In this document: piece by piece, positions 44,883 through 53,122 of the stretch
Position numbering within the stretch: the first letter of the stretch is position 1
How the letters are laid out: each line of letters starts with the position of its first letter
Origin: a virus
Taxonomy: Duplodnaviria; Caudoviricetes
Virus record (IMG/VR): IMGVR_UViG_3300027365_000007
Strand: one strand, 5' to 3'
Length of the DNA: 64,000 bases
Translations under genes and position numbers: made by a program
The notes under the pieces: model-generated
What the model was told of the DNA's origin: nothing
The model's input: only the letters and a program-made list of their open reading frames with translations
Database searches by the model: none

Positions 44883-46334
44883 TTACTCCAACTCATCGTC
44901 TTCATCGATAAATCCCCTAAGTCTTGCAAGCTTCTGACTGCCCATACCCGAAGCCAATTCATTGGGTAGCTTCGCCCCTGTTTCTATATCAACTTCGTCG
45001 TATTCTTCATTATCACTATTTAGACTGTTTTGAATTTCGTTATATTGTTTTTCAGTTTCAGTTAATTGCGTCTTCGACGTATTAGAACTACTCATATATG
45101 TATTTATGTTTGCCAAGAATTCAGGATCATCTTTAATCCGCATACACTCACTAAGGAACTTAAGTCGAACCCTACGGCCTGTGCCACTACTGTTACGAGT
45201 TTTTAATACTTGTAATTCATAAACACCTTTCTCGCGCATCGCATCAGTCACAATAATACCTAATACCATATCAGCCGTATTGATTTTTGAAATACCACCA
45301 GCAATATGACTATGGTCAAGATCGTCATTGCCCACAGCGGTACGATTCAATTGTGATGCCGTAAGACATAAAATATTAAATTCTTGCATTACATTACGCA
45401 GCTCTTCACTAACTGCCTTATCTTTACCAAAAGTATCACCAACTGATACTTTTTGAGCAGGTGATAATAGATCTAGATAGTCGATTGCTATTACATCGGG
45501 TTTTATGCCTGTCGTCTGAATATAGTCTTTGATATAAGCTTTAACTTCAGTCGTACATGTACCACTTGGCATGAATTTAATATTCATACGACCGCCATAC
45601 TTTTCACCAGCTTTAGAAACTGCCGTATCTACTGCATCAAGGTTATCATAGAGACTACTAGTTGTTTTCTCCAAGAACATCGCATCCATACGTCTCGCAC
45701 ATAATTCCGGGTGTAGTTCTAGAGTGATATACAGTACATTCTTACCCTTTTTCCAATGATCAATACAGTTGTTTTGTAGTAATAGAGATTTACCTGTACC
45801 AGAGCCCCCTGCATATATAATCAAATCACCATAGTTTAGCTTCCCTACAACACGGTCCAATGCGTCGAAGCATGTACTGATATTACCACTACGATCCAGA
45901 ATATTCTGTAGACGCTCTTTAACGTTTTCATGGTATGGTAAGCCATGATCTTCGATTAGACGAGTTTGCATAGCCTCTTTGATTAGGTTCTCAATTGCCT
46001 CATAGTTTTGGCTACCGAGATAGTCAGAACTTTGTACCACAGCGTTCTCAAGCGCTTTGTGCAAGCAGAATTTTGGGTATTCCTCAATGAACCATTTCTC
46101 AATGGCATAGTCGGTCTTTGATGGTACACGTATTTCCACACCAGTCTTAGACTTGAGATATTCAGGGTCAGGTACGCCACTGTACTTATCACTGTATTCA
46201 ACCATTTCTTCAACTGCTTTTTTTATTCTAGGGTCAAAGTGTTCTGGTTTGGTAATGGAACGAACTCTGGTAAACAAATCTGGACTAGAAAGTAATACAC
46301 CGAGATATAGCTTTTGCATGTCTAAATCATACAT
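44883..46334 (-). CDS. Replicative DnaB/gp41-like DNA helicase
   Basis: Walker A GGSGTGKS, ITLE, IAIDYLDL, TASQLNR, KTRNSSG. Confidence 0.93.
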   Translation of the reverse strand: MYDLDMQKLYLGVLLSSPDLFTRVRSITKPEHFDPRIKKAVEEMVEYSDKYSGVPDPEYLKSKTGVEIRVPSKTDYAIEKWFIEEYPKFCLHKALENAVVQSSDYLGSQNYEAIENLIKEAMQTRLIEDHGLPYHENVKERLQNILDRSGNISTCFDALDRVVGKLNYGDLIIYAGGSGTGKSLLLQNNCIDHWKKGKNVLYITLELHPELCARRMDAMFLEKTTSSLYDNLDAVDTAVSKAGEKYGGRMNIKFMPSGTCTTEVKAYIKDYIQTTGIKPDVIAIDYLDLLSPAQKVSVGDTFGKDKAVSEELRNVMQEFNILCLTASQLNRTAVGNDDLDHSHIAGGISKINTADMVLGIIVTDAMREKGVYELQVLKTRNSSGTGRRVRLKFLSECMRIKDDPEFLANINTYMSSSNTSKTQLTETEKQYNEIQNSLNSDNEEYDEVDIETGAKLPNELASGMGSQKLARLRGFIDEDDELE

Positions 46335-47365
46335 TATTTAAAATTCTCCTTAAAAATTCTTTTCGTAACTTCAATCTTAACTGGGTTGGAAATCTTATCT
46401 TTTATTATTCGTTCTAGAACGAATATCTTCCCGTATATCTGTGTAGCTTCACCCAAGTCAAAGTTTTTATTCCAATTGGGGAAGAACACAGACCAATTAT
46501 TTCGTATTGCAGCATCTATCATCTTTGATCCACCTGAACCAAAATCAGGTATAACAATGATTTCGCCTTTGAACTGGTTTATTAGTTCAATTTGGTTATA
46601 TGTAGGTTCAAAGTTCATAGTACCCACGCCGTCATAAAGAAGGGCATCAATAGGGGACTCGTTAACTATTAGATACTTTCTGTCTTTGAAAATGCTGTCG
46701 ATATTGAACACATACTTAGAACTATTTGGGCTCTTAGTTAAATAACGTTCTTCTTTGCGACATTTATCAACCAATCTTCCTGTATACCCTACAATATCGC
46801 CTTGGTACATAAATGGTATTATCAATCTACGGTTTAGCTTATTAGTCTTTGAAGGGCTCCACATGATATAAGGATGGTTTTCAATACCTCTATCAACCGC
46901 ATAGTTATATACATCTAGAAGATCTTTATTGTTGTTATCATTAATTAACTCGTCTTGTATAAGACGACAATCGTCAGGAAGGTTTACCTTCTTAAAATCC
47001 AGATTTACCTTTGGTTTGCTCTTAGGCTTTATATCTAGACCCAATAGGTTATACGCAACACTACTATTCTTAAGACTTTCTAATTGGGCCTTATTTATTT
47101 CAGATGATGGAACCCCTAATAATTCCATGAACTTCTTAATCTTAAAGCCTAGACGTTGGCCTTTTTCTTGTCTGAATTTGAATCGACAGTTAAAACAATT
47201 ATATCCAATAGTATCGTACTCAATGAAAAGACCACCACGACCTTTTACGTCAGGTCTTGCTTCGCCCATATACACACAACAAGGACAATTGAAGGATATG
47301 CACTTCCCGGTAGATCTTGATTTGGATGGGATGTAACTCATCAATACTTGTTTTAATATTTCCAT
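46334..47365 (-). CDS. gp61/DnaG-like primase
   Basis: Zn finger CPCC...CFNC, IIPF...GYTGR, TOPRIM ESPIDA, PDFG. Confidence 0.88.
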   Translation of the reverse strand: MEILKQVLMSYIPSKSRSTGKCISFNCPCCVYMGEARPDVKGRGGLFIEYDTIGYNCFNCRFKFRQEKGQRLGFKIKKFMELLGVPSSEINKAQLESLKNSSVAYNLLGLDIKPKSKPKVNLDFKKVNLPDDCRLIQDELINDNNNKDLLDVYNYAVDRGIENHPYIMWSPSKTNKLNRRLIIPFMYQGDIVGYTGRLVDKCRKEERYLTKSPNSSKYVFNIDSIFKDRKYLIVNESPIDALLYDGVGTMNFEPTYNQIELINQFKGEIIVIPDFGSGGSKMIDAAIRNNWSVFFPNWNKNFDLGEATQIYGKIFVLERIIKDKISNPVKIEVTKRIFKENFK

Positions 47366-47382
47366 AACTTAACCTCTATAAG

Positions 47383-47410
47383 AAAGTATCATGGAACCAA
47401 GTATTGTCAA
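47383..47410 (-). promoter_or_regulatory. sigma70-type promoter for the primase-helicase operon
   Basis: TTGACA-16 nt-TACTTT with TG. Confidence 0.6.
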
Positions 47411-47415
47411 TATAG

Positions 47416-48210
47416 TTACATGCGGTTTATTTTGCTGTATATGAAGAAATATTCTTCAGGGACTTGGGTATATAAGATTACACGATATTTGCCTTCAGGA
47501 AGCTCCTGAAAGCTCCATGTATGATTATGCACATTACTGACTTCAATGAAGTCTTCCCATTGTAAATGATCGTTTGGACGGACAGGGAAATACTTACCAC
47601 GATGTTTCTGTATCTTTATTCTTATAGCATCAGATGATAGATCGTTATATGTTTTGAGTTCAAGTGATCTGAAGTTTTCATCGACTTCAACATAATCGTC
47701 TAAAACATATTCACCTTCCACTTCTTCTTCGTGGGCATCTAATCTAAGACTATAGTTTTCATTCATCTTCTCAGAAACGATCTCAGAATAATTGTCTTCA
47801 ACTGTTATATCGCCTTTGAGCATGAAATTATGATCAATATACAATGGTTCCTCATTACCCTCAGCGTCCTTAAGGGATACAAAATAAGAATATCCACGAC
47901 GTGGCAATAGCTGATTTACAAATGTCTTAGGTAGAACAACGGTGTAAATTTTAGCGTTTTCAGTGGGGGATAAATAAAACGTATCAACAATTAATGTAGT
48001 CTCATCGTCAACGATTTTCACACATATATTTCGGTTGTCAGTGGCTATTGAACGTCTATCACGATCAGTTAATTTAAAGTTTAGAACATTATCTAAGTTG
48101 CGATGTAAGGTTAAAGTATCATCAAACATGGTGGTTGTATTTTCTAATCCTTCGTATGAGATGTTCCTAAATATAGGTACAGTTCGTGAATATTTATATA
48201 TGTGAATCAT
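47416..48210 (-). CDS. Putative virion structural protein
   Basis: GATAAATA directly upstream; beta-rich. Confidence 0.5.
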   Translation of the reverse strand: MIHIYKYSRTVPIFRNISYEGLENTTTMFDDTLTLHRNLDNVLNFKLTDRDRRSIATDNRNICVKIVDDETTLIVDTFYLSPTENAKIYTVVLPKTFVNQLLPRRGYSYFVSLKDAEGNEEPLYIDHNFMLKGDITVEDNYSEIVSEKMNENYSLRLDAHEEEVEGEYVLDDYVEVDENFRSLELKTYNDLSSDAIRIKIQKHRGKYFPVRPNDHLQWEDFIEVSNVHNHTWSFQELPEGKYRVILYTQVPEEYFFIYSKINRM

Positions 48211-48234
48211 TTATTATTTATCCTTGGAGTTGAA

Positions 48235-48606
48235 ATGCTTTTTGATGTTACTAAGATTAAAAACACTTTCCCGTTTATATCTGAAATTGAATCTAATAAC
48301 AATATTTATCATGGTATTATATTAAACTATGACAAGCTTAGTGTGACGTTTATCGACATTTCAAAGATCATAGATAAGAAAGAATTTGTAGCGCTTATAA
48401 ACTTAGCTGAAAAGTGGTGGTGGTATTCGAACAGGTCTATACCATTGAATCTCTTCTATTCCAATGAATCACAATTATTCATGAAGTATGTAACTCACCT
48501 CCCAGCTAAAACATCAAATGTTGTAAGTGGACACGTGGCATCACTTCAGACAATTCTTGACATGTCTAAGACTAATAAGAAAAACCGCACACTGAATATA
48601 TACTAA
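48235..48606 (+). CDS. Hypothetical protein (WWW motif)
   Basis: RBS GGAG; start MLFDV. Confidence 0.65.
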   Translation: MLFDVTKIKNTFPFISEIESNNNIYHGIILNYDKLSVTFIDISKIIDKKEFVALINLAEKWWWYSNRSIPLNLFYSNESQLFMKYVTHLPAKTSNVVSGHVASLQTILDMSKTNKKNRTLNIY

Positions 48607-49190
48607 GAACGTAGTACGTACTTGATGTAGTTCATTCTCACTGTTATCGATACTGCGTATGCAATGGCATGACTATATTTAAAGTAGAACTCACCATTAT
48701 CTGGTTTTGTATAAAGCGATTTCCTAGCACTCTCTTTATCTTTTATATACAAGTCAAGTAAATGCTTTTTAGCTGGTCTCATAAGGGCCAACACATCTGC
48801 CAAGTCCTTCACTGATGTAGGAGATACAGAATTCACTAAATGATAATGCCTTGCTAGATGGGGCAAGTCATTAACCACTTCCTCTTCTTTGAGTAAATCC
48901 CAATCAACTTCAAGGTTCATCAATGTATCTAGCTGCTTCTCGTTTTCAATATCTTCATATACTGAATTATTCAATACATCAATTTTAAAGAAGCCATATT
49001 TTCCGGTTTCTTTATAGTCTATTGAACACATGTTAGTATTCATAAAAGTAGGGGCATCTTGAAAATAGACACCCACGTTATGTTTTTTGATAACATCATT
49101 GTTGATCATTGATGCATCAACATGACCAACCAAATTTAATAATTGATCGCGGTCAGCCATGTCAATATCTATATCCGTATCGTTAATCAT
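48603..49190 (-). CDS. Miniature DNA polymerase III alpha (DnaE)-like catalytic module (195 aa)
   Basis: DIDID, KHNVG, FFKIDVL, ALMRP, FKYSHAIAYA in DnaE order. Confidence 0.8.
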   Translation of the reverse strand: MINDTDIDIDMADRDQLLNLVGHVDASMINNDVIKKHNVGVYFQDAPTFMNTNMCSIDYKETGKYGFFKIDVLNNSVYEDIENEKQLDTLMNLEVDWDLLKEEEVVNDLPHLARHYHLVNSVSPTSVKDLADVLALMRPAKKHLLDLYIKDKESARKSLYTKPDNGEFYFKYSHAIAYAVSITVRMNYIKYVLRS

Positions 49191-50007
49191 ACATTGAGCC
49201 TATAATAGTTGTTTTAATGTTATCCAGTGTTTTTTCTGAATGTTTCTTCTCATTGTTTATAAAAATGGATTTACTTGTAATATTTTTTATCACACTACAA
49301 ATATTATAAAACCTACAAACATGATATAGATGCAGTACATCGTTAGGCGTGAACTCAGTATCTGTTAATGCATTAAATAATTCTGGCCTATCTAGCCCTT
49401 GGGCGCTGCGCATATCTATAGATTTAACATAGTCTGTTGTATTAATAGATTCAACACTTCGTCCGAGACCAAATATCTTTTCACCTTCATTAGAAAGAAT
49501 AGGAACTGCCCATTGTTTGTCTGCGTTATAAAAATATACTGCACCTGTGATATTATGATCTTTCAAAATATTCAGAAACAAGTAAACGTACTCCATGTCA
49601 TTCAATACATGATCAACATCTAGTTTCCTTTCGTACAAGAATTGTTTCTTGTAATGAGTTTCTATGTTTTTATATTTTTCAGACAACACAAAATTAACAA
49701 ATGATTCTGGTATGCAAAGTAAATATCTATCATCGTCCAACACTATGTTATGTCTCTTTATATAGTTCTGTATATAATCAGTTCTTAAACCAGTCACCCA
49801 TTGATTTGAGTATGTACAATGTAACGCATGGTACCTATAAACATTATCACTATGAATGGACAGTCCTGCGTTGCGGAAGGATTCGGGATCTTTGAGCTTT
49901 ATGAGATTGGACATTTTTGAAAACTTTTTGAGTAAGCTTTTATTATCCACTGCATGCGATTCATATAACTTTCCACGGACTTTATTAACATCGATACGCT
50001 TATACAT
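49183..50007 (-). CDS. Hypothetical protein (274 aa)
   Basis: Long ORF in operon. Confidence 0.7.
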   Translation of the reverse strand: MYKRIDVNKVRGKLYESHAVDNKSLLKKFSKMSNLIKLKDPESFRNAGLSIHSDNVYRYHALHCTYSNQWVTGLRTDYIQNYIKRHNIVLDDDRYLLCIPESFVNFVLSEKYKNIETHYKKQFLYERKLDVDHVLNDMEYVYLFLNILKDHNITGAVYFYNADKQWAVPILSNEGEKIFGLGRSVESINTTDYVKSIDMRSAQGLDRPELFNALTDTEFTPNDVLHLYHVCRFYNICSVIKNITSKSIFINNEKKHSEKTLDNIKTTIIGSMYD

Positions 50008-50921
50008 TAATAGTACCCTCCTTCAACTATACCATTGTTGCCGTTCATAGTTTGACCCTCTAGAAGATTTTTAATATCCTCTTCTTTAAACATCATACCA
50101 ATTTCCGCATATTTCAATATTCGAGATATCTGATTCACATTATTCATAGCACACTCAGATACATCGCATTGATATATATTGTTTGTGTTTGCATATTGAG
50201 AATTAACTATACATTTATCCATATCATCAGACATATATTCAATAAAGAATTTTGTTTGGGATAAATCAAATGTACTTACCAGCTTACATGTATAAGCAAT
50301 CTTGTGATCAACCTTAACGGTCTTTGTCGTTTCTACTAGCTTTTTCTTTGATATGTTCACGTATTGTACATGTGGTATGGGCTTTCCTGTGTTTTCAACA
50401 TTTTGTATAGAAAATATATGGTTTTTGCCAAATTCAGACACCATAACCTGACTACCTTTATAAAAGGCGTATTGTCTTTGGTACTTAGGTAAAGGCAGAG
50501 ATTTTAGTTTATTTTTCAGCGGCTTAAAATTTAAACAAATCGTATTTTCTTTATCTTTGCTGCAATATATATTAAGCTTAAACTTATCTATTTCATCAAC
50601 ATAACATAATGATATGCTACTAGAGCTGGTTATATTAAAAAAGTTATCTAGTACAGGGGTGACTTTTTCTTCAAAATGTGACGATATAGAAAAGAAGTCT
50701 ACATCAGAACTGAAATACGCATTCATATCTTCAGGCGTCATTTCAATATCATTTTGGACCATATATAAACGCCTAGCATATCCACCAGCAAACGCAACAT
50801 ACGAGCGTTCAATCATATGGTTTAGAACATCAATGTCATCGATTTCTAGGAACCGCATTATGGTATTGACAATCACTTTATGGTTTTCTTTAAACAACGT
50901 TTTGAATTCTTCGTAATTCAT
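50007..50921 (-). CDS. CCA-adding/poly(A) polymerase-like nucleotidyltransferase
   Basis: FAGGYARR...SDVDFF...STFDL; start MNYEEF with RBS GGAGG. Confidence 0.6.
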   Translation of the reverse strand: MNYEEFKTLFKENHKVIVNTIMRFLEIDDIDVLNHMIERSYVAFAGGYARRLYMVQNDIEMTPEDMNAYFSSDVDFFSISSHFEEKVTPVLDNFFNITSSSSISLCYVDEIDKFKLNIYCSKDKENTICLNFKPLKNKLKSLPLPKYQRQYAFYKGSQVMVSEFGKNHIFSIQNVENTGKPIPHVQYVNISKKKLVETTKTVKVDHKIAYTCKLVSTFDLSQTKFFIEYMSDDMDKCIVNSQYANTNNIYQCDVSECAMNNVNQISRILKYAEIGMMFKEEDIKNLLEGQTMNGNNGIVEGGYY

Positions 50922-50989
50922 TACAACCTCCAAATAAAAATAGCGTATCATGGATACGCTATTCGTCAACATTATATGTGTATATAAAT

Positions 50990-51754
50990 TTAAAGACCGG
51001 CAGACTTTAATACAGATGATATTGCTTTAGTTTCTTGGCTATGTTTCTTAAAAGCATATTGCCAGTATTCGGGGTCGATTATTTTATACATACACGAAAC
51101 GTCTTTATCAGTAAGAGTGGCGAGGAAACGTTTACCAGATTTAGTGTTGTAGACAAGCCAAGGGCTTATCTTACCTGTCCTCAGATTCGATACAATGCGC
51201 ATTTGACCGGCTTTCTCAAAGTAGGTATCCCATGACTCCTGATGCTCATCGGCCCACTTCTGCATGGTCTTAAGGGACTTCTCTATTGCGTAGTCGGGTT
51301 TTTCATTCTTCACCTTCTGAGATATATAGATCTCATACATGCTATCCTTCGTCCATTTATCTAATGGTACATTGTTCTTAATTAAGAAGTCGATATACTT
51401 TTCTGGTTCCAACATTTTCATATCCGCCACATAATGTCCAAATTTAATAAACCCGTTATAATACCTACTTGTAATAAACTCTTCGAAGCGTATGGGTTTT
51501 TTGCGTTGCTTGGCGCATTGTAATGTTTCGTAGAACTTTAAGTATGCCATAAAACCAATGCGCGAAAACAATTCCTCTTTACTATTAAGACGAATCTTAT
51601 TCTCACACTTATGGAAAAGCAACCCGCCTTCGGTTTTATATTTCTTTTTACATAAATCGCATTTGTATGTGTTTTTACTTCGTTTACCTTTTTTAATACT
51701 ATAATTATGGACTTTTTCAGACATAGATACTTCTCCGTGATATGCGATACTCAA
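50990..51754 (-). CDS. Zinc-finger protein in the replication cluster
   Basis: YKCDLCKK.Y...FHKC. Confidence 0.65.
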   Translation of the reverse strand: MSIAYHGEVSMSEKVHNYSIKKGKRSKNTYKCDLCKKKYKTEGGLLFHKCENKIRLNSKEELFSRIGFMAYLKFYETLQCAKQRKKPIRFEEFITSRYYNGFIKFGHYVADMKMLEPEKYIDFLIKNNVPLDKWTKDSMYEIYISQKVKNEKPDYAIEKSLKTMQKWADEHQESWDTYFEKAGQMRIVSNLRTGKISPWLVYNTKSGKRFLATLTDKDVSCMYKIIDPEYWQYAFKKHSQETKAISSVLKSAGL

Positions 51755-51800
51755 TATGATTTTGGTGTTGTATATGTAGTTACAAACAAAGGACAGAAAA

Positions 51801-52292
51801 TTATATTATCTGTTTAACCTCTTTAAGTAACTTTTTCACGTCAGAATCGCTCCATCCGTAGCTTTCAGCCAAGCTAGTCCAAAAATCCTCTCCATAAATT
51901 TTATTTTTTTCCACCATCATTTGACATTCAGTCTCAGTCATATTTTCATCTGAGTACTCAAGCATAAGCTTTTGTAGTAATGATGTAGACTTTTTCGACT
52001 TAGGCGGTTTCACGAACGGCCTAAACGTCTTACCATTCCCTCTACACACACAGCAAAGGCGATAGAACAAGTCCTTGTTGTCATATAGTGATGTAAAATC
52101 CTTATTCAACACATCGTTCGTCGTAGCAAGAGCCTCCACATGGCTATTAGTGTTGTTCGTTGAACTTAGAAACTGCATAACGATGAATGGATCAAAGGCG
52201 TTGTAGTCTTCTTCAGAAAGTGAAGCAAGCCAATCCTTGTTGTTATCATCAATATTCTTTAGTACTTCTTTTATATCTAATCTCTTAGCCAT
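51801..52292 (-). CDS. Clamp-loader small subunit (gp62-like)
   Basis: L..ID...FDPFIVMQFLS...K..K; position in the replication cluster. Confidence 0.6.
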   Translation of the reverse strand: MAKRLDIKEVLKNIDDNNKDWLASLSEEDYNAFDPFIVMQFLSSTNNTNSHVEALATTNDVLNKDFTSLYDNKDLFYRLCCVCRGNGKTFRPFVKPPKSKKSTSLLQKLMLEYSDENMTETECQMMVEKNKIYGEDFWTSLAESYGWSDSDVKKLLKEVKQII

Positions 52293-52301
52293 ATTCTCAC
52301 C

Positions 52302-52817
52302 TTACATGAAATCATTTGCAGACAATACGTTTGGAATCTTTGATGTCGAATGTGTGATATAGAGACACATAGGATTTTCAGTATTGTCATCAATAGGGAT
52401 AGCTAATGCTTGTCCATTCTTAATCTTAGGCAATACCCAATCATAATCCGTATATACCGTCTTCACCTTTATAGGAGCGAAGTAATGCCTGAAACCATCA
52501 ATAGGGTTGGTCACGATTACCGAAAAGTCTCTGGCATTTAATGCAGTCATTGGAATAATTTCAACTTCAGAAATGTCTTCTTCTCCAATAAATACCTGCC
52601 ACGCCAGCGGTAAGATAACAGTTCGACCCATAACATCACATTCAATTGCTGGTCCAGTGTAATCTTCGACGTAAACCAGACGCGGGAAAATAATATCGGA
52701 ACCATCATAGTTTTTTGCATCGGAGCCCATATCAACTACTGTGAATTGAGTTTCAGGTATTTCATCTTCGAGTTCCGTTAAATCAATTATATCTTTCTCA
52801 ACCGTCAATATATTCAT
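52302..52817 (-). CDS. Hypothetical protein (171 aa)
   Basis: ORF in operon. Confidence 0.7.
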   Translation of the reverse strand: MNILTVEKDIIDLTELEDEIPETQFTVVDMGSDAKNYDGSDIIFPRLVYVEDYTGPAIECDVMGRTVILPLAWQVFIGEEDISEVEIIPMTALNARDFSVIVTNPIDGFRHYFAPIKVKTVYTDYDWVLPKIKNGQALAIPIDDNTENPMCLYITHSTSKIPNVLSANDFM

Positions 52818-53119
52818 CGCTTCCCACCTTTAAATTCATCATCTTCTTTAAGCATCATTTCAATTAACCTATTAACTCTAGTTAACTCACGATCAAGAGA
52901 TGTGACGCGTTTGTTTAAATTGTTTATTATTCGTTGTTGATCAACTACATGCTTTCTTAATGTTCGGTTATCAGTATGCATGGTTTTCATATTACCATCT
53001 AACCGCAATACACTGTCACTCAGTCTTTTATATTTTTCATACAACTGTTTTTCGTCGTCTTCTTTTTTAGGTGGTATGTATTTAAAATCTTTTCCATACT
53101 GATCTTTCTTATCTACCAT
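52814..53119 (-). CDS. Coiled-coil protein
   Basis: Heptad pattern. Confidence 0.6.
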   Translation of the reverse strand: MVDKKDQYGKDFKYIPPKKEDDEKQLYEKYKRLSDSVLRLDGNMKTMHTDNRTLRKHVVDQQRIINNLNKRVTSLDRELTRVNRLIEMMLKEDDEFKGGKR

Positions 53120-53122
53120 ATT

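Noticed and set aside
46929-47336. Plus-strand 135-aa ORF, plus similar short antisense ORFs across the track
   Set aside because: Lie wholly opposite well-supported genes, with no RBS or motifs
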